DNA from: Patescibacteria group bacterium | GTDB taxonomy: Bacteria; Patescibacteriota; Microgenomatia; UBA1400; PJMF01 | DNA: 64,000 nt | Direction: 5' to 3' | Assembly: GCA_045541795.1 (NCBI GenBank) | Contig: JAZQJV010000009.1 | Location: 7,460-71,459 of the forward strand | Shown: in pieces, positions 25,927 through 35,402 of the stretch | Layout of the letters: each line of letters starts with the position of its first letter | Numbering within the stretch: the stretch's first letter is position 1 | Translations under genes and position numbers: made by a program | Notes under the pieces: model-generated | The model's database searches: none | Told to the model about the DNA's origin: nothing | What the model saw: only the letters and a program-made list of their open reading frames with translations

Positions 25927-27036
25927 TTACTCGAGAGTCTGAGCGCAGTACTCACCTTGGGTGTTACTGGCGCAGCAGATGATCTGTTTGTAAGCATCTG
26001 GTTTGCGCTCGCCGCCACCAAAACTGACGTCATTGACGGAGTCGGTGTCATTGAGGTAGAAGCTTGGCGTACCAGAGACAGCGTGCTCATTGGCGCGAGC
26101 AATGTCGGCTTTGATAATGCCTAAGCCCCGGTCTTCACTGGCCATACAGGCCTCAACCTCGCTGGCATTGACGCCGTTTTCACTCATACAGGTCTCAGCT
26201 TCGCCACCAGCGGCCATACAGGCGATGTAAGGCCAGAAAACGTCATGCTGTTCACTCTGGATACAGACTTGGCGGACGTTTTCGGTACCGGCATCAGCAC
26301 TACCCAAGAAGCCGATAATGTTATTGTTGTCATCGACCGTGCCAGCGTAGTGCAGAGTGATTTTATCGCCGAGTTCTGGCACCTGAGCGACGGCAGCGGC
26401 AATGTGAGTTTCTGCTTGTTTGCAGTAACCGCAATCCGAAGAGACGTAAGCGTCAAGGTGCGGATCGTCTGACTTGGTCAGGTCTTCACAAGCGGCGGCA
26501 GCGACTTCAGCGCTATTGGCGGCATTGTCACCGGCCTCGCCCAAGAGCTCATCTACATCATAGCCGTCAACGAAGAACGTCTTGGCGTCACGAGTGATGT
26601 AGGAGGTAAACTCTTCGTCATAATCCTTGAATTTGATCGTGAAGCGGTAAACACCAGACTGATTGACTGGAGCGCCGATATTTTCGACTTCCATACCGCC
26701 GCCCAAAGGCTCGATGATCTCTGGCAATTTGGCTTTGAGCTTATTGACGGCCATCATTTCGGTGACCTTCCAGCCGATCAAGATGACGGCAACAGTCAGG
26801 ATGACCGCCCCGCAAAAAACACCCCACGGGAAACGGGCATTACTGCTGGCAGCGGCTGCCTGAGCTTCCAGGCGTTCAAGTTCGCGGCGAGCTTGCTCGA
26901 CGACATCGTTTTTGGCAGCGGTATCTTTGGTCGCTTTTTGCTCTTTTTGTTCTTTCACGTCTTTTTGTTTTTCTTTTTTGACGTCAGCTTTTGGCTTCGT
27001 CTCATTATCTTTTTTTGACATAATTTTAAATTTCAC
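25927..27036 (-). CDS. Membrane-anchored DsbA-like thiol:disulfide oxidoreductase (thioredoxin fold)
   Basis: 369 aa. Lys/Glu-rich N-terminal region, a TM helix, a CGYC (CxxC) active site, and GTPSFYLND, which is typical of DsbA. Confidence 0.7.
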   Translation of the reverse strand: MKFKIMSKKDNETKPKADVKKEKQKDVKEQKEQKATKDTAAKNDVVEQARRELERLEAQAAAASSNARFPWGVFCGAVILTVAVILIGWKVTEMMAVNKLKAKLPEIIEPLGGGMEVENIGAPVNQSGVYRFTIKFKDYDEEFTSYITRDAKTFFVDGYDVDELLGEAGDNAANSAEVAAAACEDLTKSDDPHLDAYVSSDCGYCKQAETHIAAAVAQVPELGDKITLHYAGTVDDNNNIIGFLGSADAGTENVRQVCIQSEQHDVFWPYIACMAAGGEAETCMSENGVNASEVEACMASEDRGLGIIKADIARANEHAVSGTPSFYLNDTDSVNDVSFGGGERKPDAYKQIICCASNTQGEYCAQTLE

Positions 27037-27216
27037 TGTTTAATCAATTTTATTTATTAATAAACTGTGATTTTCCTTTCTAATTTCTTAGCTTTACCAA
27101 TTTTTAACAATTAGCCGTAATTTATAACATTTTCCCAAAAAGTCAAGAGGCAAAATGATACCAGGCATTGGTGCATTTTACCCTCAAGATGTTAAAATAA
27201 TGTTAAAAAACTGAGC

Positions 27217-28740
27217 TTAGTTAAGGCTGATGCTTTGCCGATAGGTAAGCGCTTCGCCGACGTGACGATCGGTCAGCGTGGTGATTTCGGCGTCGTCTAG
27301 GTCAGCAATAGTGCGCGCGACTTTGATGAGTTTGAAGTAACTCCGGGCAGAAAGCTGCCAACGTGTTACTGCCTGCTCGAGGATAGCTTGGGCAGAAGTG
27401 GTGAGGACAATGTGCTGGCGGATCTGGTGACTGGTGAGTTGATGATTGGTAAGCAAACCGAGAGATTGCCAGCGGCTGGCCTGACGAGCGCGAGCGCGGA
27501 TCACGCGAGCGCGCACAAGGGCGGAACTTTCTGCTTGAGCATGAGGACTGATCAGATCGCTTATTTCTACTTCTGGCACAAAAATCTGCATGTCGAGCCG
27601 ATCAAGGATGGGACCTGAAAGTTTACGCTTGTAGCGGGCAATATCAGCGCTGGAGCAAGTGCAAGCACGTTTTTTGCTGCCTAAGTATCCGCACGGGCAG
27701 GGATTAGTAGCGGCAATAAGAGTGACGTCTGCCGGGTAAGCCACGTGACCGGAGGCACGAGAAATAGTAATTTCGCCGGTTTCTAAGGGCTGGCGCAAAA
27801 TTTCCAAGGCGTCACGGCGGAATTCGCCGAGTTCGTCTAAAAACAAAATACCGCGATGTGCCAGGGAAATTTCACCAGGCAGAAGATTTACGCCACCTCC
27901 TGCCAGCCCAACGGCGGAGATAGTGTGATGAGGGGCACGGCAGGGGCGCACGCAGACAACTCCCTCCTCCCCCAGCATGCCACACACCGAGTAAATGGTA
28001 GTGATTTCTAGGGCTTCATCCCTGGTAAGCGGCGGCAGGATGGACGGCATCGCCCCGGCGAGGAGGCTTTTGCCTGCCCCCGGCACACCGCAAAGAAGTA
28101 AATTATGCCCGCCGGCGGCCGCAATTTCCAGGCAGCGTTTGGCCACTTTTTGGCCGATGATATTGGCAAAATCTGTATCAGCATGTGCGATTCCAGGTAA
28201 ATATTTTTGCGGCAGCAGCGGTGTGATTTTGGCCTTTTGGGTAAAGAAACCCATCAATTGCTCAAGCGAGCGTACCGGATAAATGTGGATGCCGTCGATG
28301 ATTTTGACTTCTTCTTGATTACAGGCAGGTAAAAAGACCCGTTTAAAGCCTTTTTCGCGAGCAAAATGGACCAAGGGGAGCGCGCCGCGGATACTGCGGA
28401 GAGTGCCATCGAGAGACAGTTCACCAAAGAAAATATCTCCAGGCAGCGTGTATTTGCGGCCGCAGTTGAGCTCCCACAGCGACATGGCAATGGCCACTTC
28501 CAGATTGGAACCGGTTTTTTTGAGATCGGCGGGCGCGAGGTTGACGAGCGTTTTTTTGGCTTTGAGCCGGATCTGACAGCTTAAAAGAGCATTATTAATG
28601 CGTTCCTTAGCTTCTTCCACTGCCTTTTCCGGCAAACCTATAATAGTAAGGGCGGGCTTGCCGCGGGTGCTGTCAGCTTCGACCTCGATAAGAGTAGCCT
28701 TAAGACCTTGGAGTGTGGCACTTAAATTTTTGATCATCAT
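27217..28740 (-). CDS. comM: Mg-chelatase-like AAA+ ATPase ComM/YifB
   Basis: YifB N-terminal domain, Walker A LLLCGVPGAGKS, and a C-terminal Mg-chelatase domain. The start is taken as ATGATG at 28740, downstream of the TGTGTTACAAT promoter. Confidence 0.9.
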   Translation of the reverse strand: MMIKNLSATLQGLKATLIEVEADSTRGKPALTIIGLPEKAVEEAKERINNALLSCQIRLKAKKTLVNLAPADLKKTGSNLEVAIAMSLWELNCGRKYTLPGDIFFGELSLDGTLRSIRGALPLVHFAREKGFKRVFLPACNQEEVKIIDGIHIYPVRSLEQLMGFFTQKAKITPLLPQKYLPGIAHADTDFANIIGQKVAKRCLEIAAAGGHNLLLCGVPGAGKSLLAGAMPSILPPLTRDEALEITTIYSVCGMLGEEGVVCVRPCRAPHHTISAVGLAGGGVNLLPGEISLAHRGILFLDELGEFRRDALEILRQPLETGEITISRASGHVAYPADVTLIAATNPCPCGYLGSKKRACTCSSADIARYKRKLSGPILDRLDMQIFVPEVEISDLISPHAQAESSALVRARVIRARARQASRWQSLGLLTNHQLTSHQIRQHIVLTTSAQAILEQAVTRWQLSARSYFKLIKVARTIADLDDAEITTLTDRHVGEALTYRQSISLN

Positions 28741-28757
28741 AGTGCGGCCGATTGTAA

Positions 28758-28786
28758 CACACAATTCTTTCAAATTCTTTCATCTT
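28758..28786 (-). promoter_or_regulatory. TGAAAGAATT x2 - TGTGTG - TACAAT promoter motif (copy 1, comM)
   Basis: Minus strand reads gaTGAAAGAATTTGAAAGAATTgtgtgtTACAAT. The same 25-mer is at 35204..35232 and 38857..38890. Confidence 0.65.
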
Positions 28787-28899
28787 TTTAAATTTATACT
28801 GATTTACAGGGATAATTTTGCCTAAAAAGCGGCGGAAAAACCGGATAAATTAGACATATTAATGTAAACTGTCCACATTAGATGTGATATAATACGGCC

Positions 28900-29445
28900 A
28901 TGAAAGAAATGTTACTGTCAATTTTTGAGCCATTAAAGGCTGTAAATCCTATAATTTATACTATAGTTATATCGTTAGTGCCGTTAATCGAGTTGCGGGG
29001 CGCAATTTTGGTGGCGATCCCGATGGGCATGGTGTGGTGGCAAGCTTATGTGTGGTCGGTGCTCGGCTCGATGATTCCGGCTTTTTTTGTGATTCCGCTT
29101 TTTGCTTGGGGCTTAAATTTTCTGGAAACTCGCGGCTGGTGTCCGGCTGTGACGAAATTTCTCAATGACAAATTTGTCACCAAAGCAAATCAAGTGTGCG
29201 AAAAGACAAATGAGATTGATTGTTCGGATAAAAAGGAATGGCAAAAAGAACTACTCAAATTTTGGACGATCGTGATTTTTGTGGCCATTCCTCTGCCTGG
29301 TACGGGCGTGTATACTGGCTCAGCGATCGCGTCTATTATAAAAATGCCCTTCTGGAAGGCGTTTTTGGCAGTGCTTATTGGCGATATGATCGCCGGAGCG
29401 ATCATGGTGGCGCTCACTTTGGGCGGCATGAAAGTGATAGGTTAA
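28900..29445 (+). CDS. Small multidrug-export-like membrane protein (COG2426 / PF06695-like)
   Basis: 181 aa with 4 TM helices and the LIELRGAILVAIPMG motif. Leaderless promoter GTGATATAAT 6 nt before the ATG. Confidence 0.55.
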   Translation: MKEMLLSIFEPLKAVNPIIYTIVISLVPLIELRGAILVAIPMGMVWWQAYVWSVLGSMIPAFFVIPLFAWGLNFLETRGWCPAVTKFLNDKFVTKANQVCEKTNEIDCSDKKEWQKELLKFWTIVIFVAIPLPGTGVYTGSAIASIIKMPFWKAFLAVLIGDMIAGAIMVALTLGGMKVIG

Positions 29446-29446
29446 A

Positions 29447-30649
29447 ATGAAAAAACGTGCCTGGATACTGATTTTTTCGCTCATCGTCATTTTCCAGGTG
29501 TTTAACCATTTTTGCTTTCGCACTAGTTTTTTTGGTCTGGCCGTAGAAATAGAAAAGTTAATAGTGCTGCTCGTCACCTTGGGATTTTGTCTGTACTACA
29601 TCCGACGTCAAGCAGAAAAAACGATGTATTCGTACAAAATTATGTCTAACTTGGGAATAATCATTTTTCTGACTTGTTGCTTTTTATTCCAGATGTATAG
29701 GCTTATTTTTAATTTCCATGCTTTTACGCTGGAGGAGGCATACATGACGGTGCTGGATTCATTTAGTCAGTGTATTATCGTCATGATGCCGTTGGCACTC
29801 TCTCTGGCGGTGATGCTGATCGCCAGTAATATTGCTTTGATCTGGCATGATGGTGTGCGTGTCGTCAACACTCTAGGCATAGTTTTGGGGGCGTTTTTGT
29901 TGGTGGGGACGCTTTTGGGGCCAAATTTGGATAAGTTATCCCGGAGACTTTTACCATCGGCCACACCTCAAGTGCGGGCGGCATTTTACTTTTCACAAGT
30001 GTTTTGGTGCTTGGTAGTGGCTTATTTTGAATGTATGATGTGGGCGGCCATTATTTGTACACTAATGGCAGAAAGACATTGGCCGAGTCGAGACCGGGAT
30101 TTTATGATTATTCTTGGCTGTCGGGTGGATAAAAACGGTCAGCCGATGCCAATTTTACAGGGTAGGCTTGAGCGAGCGCTAGAATTTGCCCAGGCGCAGC
30201 GTGAAAGCCAAGGCCGAGAAATTACGTACGTGCCCTCTGGAGGGCGCGGGAGTGACGAGGTAATTTCTGAGGCCGAGGCCATGAAACGGTATCTTGTAGC
30301 TAAAAAAGTCGCAAAAGAAGAAATTTTGCTGGAGGACCGCTCAAAAACGACTAAAGAAAACATGCAATTTAGTAAGCAAATCATTGATCGGAAGACGCCA
30401 GACGCCAAGGTGGTTTTTGCTACCACCGGGTATCACGTGTGGAGAAGCGGTGTGTTGGCGGAGTCCCAAGGTCTCAAAGCCGAAGGTATCGGGGCCCGCT
30501 CGCCGTGGTACTTTTACAATAATGCCCTGGTACGGGAATTTGTCGCTAATTTAGCTGTACAATGGCAGCAGCACTTGTTTAACCTGGGGATGATTTTACT
30601 CAACGTGATTTTTTTGATCGGCGTGGGGTATTACCTGGGGATATTATGA
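29447..30649 (+). CDS. Integral membrane protein with a C-terminal DUF218 (YdcF/SanA/ElyC) domain
   Basis: 400 aa. N-terminal multi-TM region. C-terminal region ILGCRVDKNGQP..SEAEAMKRYL..SKTTKEN is the DUF218 signature. Confidence 0.7.
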   Translation: MKKRAWILIFSLIVIFQVFNHFCFRTSFFGLAVEIEKLIVLLVTLGFCLYYIRRQAEKTMYSYKIMSNLGIIIFLTCCFLFQMYRLIFNFHAFTLEEAYMTVLDSFSQCIIVMMPLALSLAVMLIASNIALIWHDGVRVVNTLGIVLGAFLLVGTLLGPNLDKLSRRLLPSATPQVRAAFYFSQVFWCLVVAYFECMMWAAIICTLMAERHWPSRDRDFMIILGCRVDKNGQPMPILQGRLERALEFAQAQRESQGREITYVPSGGRGSDEVISEAEAMKRYLVAKKVAKEEILLEDRSKTTKENMQFSKQIIDRKTPDAKVVFATTGYHVWRSGVLAESQGLKAEGIGARSPWYFYNNALVREFVANLAVQWQQHLFNLGMILLNVIFLIGVGYYLGIL

Positions 30650-31666
30650 GTGGAAACGTGGCCACCAGGCGTCAAGAGAAGTCTGCCCCGTCAAGAACAT
30701 GGCCACTCGGTCTACACCCAAGCCGATCCCAGCATATTGATGACCACTCTCAGCCATAGCCTGGATGTCACTGATCATGTCTTCATCCAGAGGCTGCGGC
30801 GTGATCCCCTGAGTAATTCTAGTGTGCAATTCAGCGGAAAAAAGCTCCCGGATCCGGGCGGCGTCTAAGTGTTCACTGTTACCGTTGCCCAGCTCTACGC
30901 CGCTCACGTAGACCTCAAAACGTTCTGCCAGGTGTGGCTTGTCGGCACGAGGCCGGCAAAGCGGAGATAAAACAGCCGGAAAATCAATCAGGAAGAAAGG
31001 ATCTGTAGAGAATTTTGGCTCAATTTCGTTGAGCATGAGCTGATTGAAAAGCTGCTCCCAGGTAGCGCCCTCGGGATTACAGCCGTGAGCCACCGCTAAG
31101 CGAGAAAGCGATGAAATATCAAGTATTTCCTCGATACGTACCCCTAGGTAGTGCGCCCAGAGATCATCCAGGCTCACCACCGGCCAGCGGGAAAAATCAT
31201 AAGTGTGCCCGTCCCAGGTTACTTGAGTACTGCCCAGCATGTGCTGGGCGAGGAACTGGAGCAAGGCCGCCGTATCATCCATGATGGCGTGATAGTCTTG
31301 ATCCTGGCGGTACCACTCCAGCATGAGGAATTCGGGGTGGTGGGTGGGTCCCGCGCCTTCCAGATTACGGCAGCAATGGCCAATGGAATAGCACTGACCG
31401 AAGCCGCGCGCGAGGTAGTGTTTCATCGCGCGTTCTGGAGACAGTGGCAGGTAAAGCGGTAATGAGTTAATATTGTCATCAGTATACCTATCCCAGTGCG
31501 TGGTAAAGGGATAAATTGTCGGTTCTGCTGGGACAGATTGATGTAAAATTGGGCACAAAAGTTCCTGAAAACCGCGATTGTCCAAGAATTTGCGGATTAA
31601 TTTGATGACCGTCATCCTTTGGATGTGTGTATTATAATATACATTTTCTGCAGCGATTGTTGACAT
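30644..31666 (-). CDS. epmA: Elongation factor P--(R)-beta-lysine ligase (EpmA/GenX/PoxA, truncated class II LysRS paralog)
   Basis: LSPERAMKHYLARGFGQCYSIGHCCRNLEGAGPTHHPEFLMLEWYR, RFEVYVSGVELGNG and GIGLGVDRVAMFL align with E. coli EpmA motifs. Confidence 0.8.
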   Translation of the reverse strand: MSTIAAENVYYNTHIQRMTVIKLIRKFLDNRGFQELLCPILHQSVPAEPTIYPFTTHWDRYTDDNINSLPLYLPLSPERAMKHYLARGFGQCYSIGHCCRNLEGAGPTHHPEFLMLEWYRQDQDYHAIMDDTAALLQFLAQHMLGSTQVTWDGHTYDFSRWPVVSLDDLWAHYLGVRIEEILDISSLSRLAVAHGCNPEGATWEQLFNQLMLNEIEPKFSTDPFFLIDFPAVLSPLCRPRADKPHLAERFEVYVSGVELGNGNSEHLDAARIRELFSAELHTRITQGITPQPLDEDMISDIQAMAESGHQYAGIGLGVDRVAMFLTGQTSLDAWWPRFHS

Positions 31667-31748
31667 AATGTCTATAGTTAAAATTTATACAATATTAATA
31701 ATTATAATCTATACACCAGCATAAATTACCTAAAATTGGTAATGAGTG

Positions 31749-31767
31749 TGTCTACTATAATAGACAA
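31749..31767. promoter_or_regulatory. Palindromic operator-like site TGTCTACTATAATAGACAA between the bipA stop and the epmA promoter
   Basis: Variant of the 34088/34128 palindrome. Confidence 0.4.
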
Positions 31768-31768
31768 T

Positions 31769-33604
31769 TTAACCGCTGTAATTAGCGCCCACATTGAGAT
31801 CACGTTTGCGCAGGCGCAAGGATTTGGGCGTGACTTCCATGAGTTCATCCTTGGCGATATAGGCGAGCGCCTGCTCGAGTGAAAATTCGCGCGGGGGTGA
31901 GAGACGGATCAAAATATCAGCATTGGAGCGGACATTGGTTAATTTTTTGCCCTTACACAAATTGATGACGATGTCTTCTTTCTTGCTGTTTTCACCCACG
32001 ATCATACCGGCATAAATAGGTGTGCCCGGCTTGACGAAAGCGACGCCCCGCTCTTCCAGACGTTTGAGATCATAGGAGAGTGCTTGACCGGCCTGGGCCG
32101 CGATGAGGACGCCATTACGGCTCCAGGTCATCTCTTCGCCCAAGGGGCGGTAGTCGAGGAAGACAGAGTTAACCACGGCCAGACCCGAGGTGGCAGACTG
32201 GAACTCAGAGCGGAATCCGATCAAATTTCTGGAGGAAATTTCGTATTCAAACCGGACGCCGAGCTTGAGGTTTTTCATGGTGCGAAAGATCGCTTTGCGA
32301 TCGCCCATAGCGGCAGTCACTGTACCCACGTGTTCTTCTGGGACTTCGATGGTAAGCAGTTCCCAAGGCTCGAGGGTGACGTCGCCACTTTTTTTGTAAA
32401 TCACTTCTGGACGGCCGACGCTAAATTCATAACCTTCCCGGCGCATGTTTTCGATGAGGATGGCCAGATGGAGCTCGCCGCGTCCAGAAACCAAGAAAGA
32501 CTCACTATTGGGGCCGGGCGCCATGCGGAGACCGACGTTACGCTCTAGTTCTCGCTCCAGGCGCGCCTTGAGCTGGCGAGAGGTGCTAAATTCGCCTTCT
32601 TGGCCGACAAAAGGGGAAGTGGAAACTAAAAATTGTACCTGGATCGTCGGCTCAGAGATATTGATGTGAGGCAACGGCTCGAGGTGCTCGGGGTCACAAA
32701 GGGTGTCAGAGATCTTGACATCACTAAAGCCGGTGATGGCGACAATGTCTCCTGTCTGCGCTTCCTCGATTTCTACCTTACCCAGGCCAAAAAACTCAAA
32801 CAGGAATTCGACTTTGGCCGTGGTGATTTTTTGGGCATCTTCGCCGCGGACAATAGTAAGTTGCTGACCTTTTTTGATGGTACCACGGTTGATTTTGCCG
32901 ATAACGATCTGACCTTTGTAATCATCAAAGTCAATATTGCTGACTTGGATACGGCTGGGTCCCTCGAGAACTTTGGGTGCGGGAATTTTGTCTACAATAC
33001 CCTGGAAAAGTGGCGTCAGATCAGTGCTATCTGTCACTTTCATCGAGCCGTCAGCTTGGGTCTGGACTTGGGTACCGGCGATACCTTCACGCCCGACAGC
33101 ATAGTAAATGGGGAAATCCAGCTGGCCTTCGTCCACCGCCAGATCAAGGAATAAATCACTAATTTCATTGATTACCTCACTGGCGCGTTGATCTTTGCGG
33201 TCGATTTTATTGATGACCACGATGGGCTTGAGGCCGAGTTTGAGGGCGAGCGACAGCACGAAGCGAGTCTGAGAAAGTACACCTTCGCTGGCATCTACCA
33301 GGAGGATACAGCCTTCGGCCATATTAAGCACCCGCTCAACTTCGCCAGAAAAGTCGGCATGGCCGGGCGTATCAATGATATTGATTTTGTAATCTTGCCA
33401 GTGGACAGCCGTATTTTTGGCCAAGATCGTCACGCCGCGCTCGCGCTCGATGGCATTATTATCCATGATGGTAGTTTGCTCGTTTTCTGCCTGGTGAGCA
33501 GCGAAAGTGTGGGCTTGCTTGAGCAAACCGTCCACCAAAGTAGTCTTGCCGTGATCTACATGAGCAATAATTGCGACGTTACGGATTTTTTCTGCCTGTA
33601 TCAT
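31769..33604 (-). CDS. typA: Translational GTPase BipA/TypA
   Basis: 611 aa. N-terminus NVAIIAHVDHGKTTLVD has G1-G4 motifs. EF-G-like domains follow, then the BipA-specific C-terminal domain. Confidence 0.9.
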   Translation of the reverse strand: MIQAEKIRNVAIIAHVDHGKTTLVDGLLKQAHTFAAHQAENEQTTIMDNNAIERERGVTILAKNTAVHWQDYKINIIDTPGHADFSGEVERVLNMAEGCILLVDASEGVLSQTRFVLSLALKLGLKPIVVINKIDRKDQRASEVINEISDLFLDLAVDEGQLDFPIYYAVGREGIAGTQVQTQADGSMKVTDSTDLTPLFQGIVDKIPAPKVLEGPSRIQVSNIDFDDYKGQIVIGKINRGTIKKGQQLTIVRGEDAQKITTAKVEFLFEFFGLGKVEIEEAQTGDIVAITGFSDVKISDTLCDPEHLEPLPHINISEPTIQVQFLVSTSPFVGQEGEFSTSRQLKARLERELERNVGLRMAPGPNSESFLVSGRGELHLAILIENMRREGYEFSVGRPEVIYKKSGDVTLEPWELLTIEVPEEHVGTVTAAMGDRKAIFRTMKNLKLGVRFEYEISSRNLIGFRSEFQSATSGLAVVNSVFLDYRPLGEEMTWSRNGVLIAAQAGQALSYDLKRLEERGVAFVKPGTPIYAGMIVGENSKKEDIVINLCKGKKLTNVRSNADILIRLSPPREFSLEQALAYIAKDELMEVTPKSLRLRKRDLNVGANYSG

Positions 33605-33674
33605 AGTGACGATCTTTTTTACTTTTTCATTATAAAAAGCCGGCGCCCGATCACACGAACGCCGGCCGAATTCC

Positions 33675-33929
33675 TTAGGTTGAGCTTAATTTCTCGTGCA
33701 TGCGGGCAATGATTTCTGGCGAAATATTCTTCATCTTCTTGAGACCGCGCAGACGCCGGCGCAAGCGACGATTGTCATTATTGTTGTTTTTGCGGACTTG
33801 GGAGGGGCGTAGATGATACTGGCGATCCTTGACGATTGTCTGGATGTCCATAGCGACGCTGATTTTTTTGAAGCGCTTGACCATATCGCCGACTGATTCA
33901 TTACCGCGATTTTTGACCACTATTGTCAT
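33675..33929 (-). CDS. rpsU: 30S ribosomal protein S21
   Basis: 84-aa basic protein with VKRFKK..RPSQVRK..RRLRRRLRGLKK. GGAGG RBS. TGTGATATAAT promoter. Confidence 0.75.
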   Translation of the reverse strand: MTIVVKNRGNESVGDMVKRFKKISVAMDIQTIVKDRQYHLRPSQVRKNNNNDNRRLRRRLRGLKKMKNISPEIIARMHEKLSST

Positions 33930-34087
33930 AAGTTATCACCTCCCTTCGCCAGAGTGTAATTTATATCAAGAGAGTGTATTATATCACAAAAATCGCTATT
34001 TTGGCGGGTAGTTTGAGGGGAAATCGAAGCAAAAAAGCAGCTGATTTGTGCATTATAGTATACAACAAGTGCCGAAAACAGGCAATT

Positions 34088-34148
34088 TGTCTACTATAGT
34101 AGACAAATTGGGCAAAAATGAGGTAACTGTCTACTATAGTAGACAAAT
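34088..34148. promoter_or_regulatory. Two copies of a perfect 22-bp palindrome TTTGTCTACTATAGTAGACAAA, spaced 40 bp apart (candidate repressor operators)
   Basis: Copies at 34086..34107 and 34126..34148. The second abuts the stop codon of gene 34150..35190. A related site is at 31749..31767. Confidence 0.5.
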
Positions 34149-34149
34149 C

Positions 34150-35190
34150 TTAGAATTCATCAATCGGTTCACGTGAGCGCAACCACTCTCGTCCGCCGGC
34201 ATACTCGAGCCATGCCCACCAGAGAGCAATCAAGGCGCACCAGATGGAAGCGGCAGCGAGTGCTGCCAGCGGCCAGGCGGAAAGATGGACGCCGAGTAAA
34301 TGAGCGCTGGCACTGGCAGAATGCGGGACTTGGGTGGCGGCGCCCAAAACTTGGGCTTTCCTGGCGGAGACATCGGCCGTACCCAGATATGGCAGATTAA
34401 AATTTAAGTCGTCCTTCCAGCGGGTATCAGGCTGTTTGTCTACCTCACGGATGACGACTATAGGACTAGGGCTGGGTGAGGAGTCAGCGGCCGCTTGAGA
34501 GCCGGAGCTGGTTTTGTTGTCTGGAGTAGACGTGGGGCTGGGTGAAGCCGCGGAAGACTGGCTGGTGGCGCTGGACGAGCCGGTATCTGGAGTGAGGCTG
34601 GCGGAAGTCACAGTTTGACCGGGCGATGTGACAGTGTCCGATAAATTGGTATGGGAATTGGTAGAAGAAGTAGTAGCAGAACCGGTGGCGCTCGGACTGT
34701 CTCCTGCGGTAGCCTGGTCTGAGTCACCAGAGACTGTATCTACCTGACTGGAGTCTGGATTATTGCTGCTGGCAGGCGTGGGCGTGGTTTTTTGCCAGGA
34801 GTCAGCACCATCAGGGATGCGAGCGTAACTCTGGGCGGCGGTGAGCTTGGGATAGGCGACGATGTCGGCCACACGACCTTGAGGATCGAGTAAATAAATG
34901 GTGTCGCCGGTATTGTTGAGAGTGAGTTTACTGGGGACGATCCGCAAAAAACCGTAGGCCGGGATGATAATGTCCTCACTTAAGCCCTCGGGATTGGCGA
35001 TCGTGTCCTTGGCTAGTTCGGCTATCTGGAAGCCGGCAAATGAAGCCGGGACAGCAGCATTGTTGTAAATTTCTACCCATTCAGCCTCACCTGTAGGCGG
35101 ACTGGCGTAAATTTCATTGAGCACGAGTGAAGCCTGAGCACGGCTAGCCGTCAACAGAGTGAGGAAAAAGATAAGCAAGATTTTTTTCAT
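34150..35190 (-). CDS. Lamin-tail-domain (LTD) surface protein with a Ser/Thr-rich linker and a C-terminal TM anchor
   Basis: 346 aa. Signal peptide. LVLNEIYASPPTGEAEWVEIYN..LDPQGRVAD is the LTD signature. A long S/T/P-rich low-complexity region follows, then a C-terminal hydrophobic helix. Confidence 0.7.
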   Translation of the reverse strand: MKKILLIFFLTLLTASRAQASLVLNEIYASPPTGEAEWVEIYNNAAVPASFAGFQIAELAKDTIANPEGLSEDIIIPAYGFLRIVPSKLTLNNTGDTIYLLDPQGRVADIVAYPKLTAAQSYARIPDGADSWQKTTPTPASSNNPDSSQVDTVSGDSDQATAGDSPSATGSATTSSTNSHTNLSDTVTSPGQTVTSASLTPDTGSSSATSQSSAASPSPTSTPDNKTSSGSQAAADSSPSPSPIVVIREVDKQPDTRWKDDLNFNLPYLGTADVSARKAQVLGAATQVPHSASASAHLLGVHLSAWPLAALAAASIWCALIALWWAWLEYAGGREWLRSREPIDEF

Positions 35191-35203
35191 AATGGCATAT
35201 TAT

Positions 35204-35232
35204 CCACACAATTCTTTCAAATTCTTTCACTT
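35204..35232 (-). promoter_or_regulatory. TGAAAGAATT x2 promoter motif (copy 2, LTD gene)
   Basis: Minus strand reads gTGAAAGAATTTGAAAGAATTgtgtgGATAATatgccattATG. Confidence 0.65.
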
Positions 35233-35402
35233 TTTTACCGCATAATTACCGCAGTAAGCGAAATTTTTCCTGTATACAGGGGAAATTTTTATTTTGTAAA
35301 TTGGTCAAAATTGCGCCAAAAATGACCGTTTTACCTTATAATTTAAATATGAAGTCACTATTTGGTCTTGCATTTTGACGCTAACTGTGATACAATATGT
35401 AG

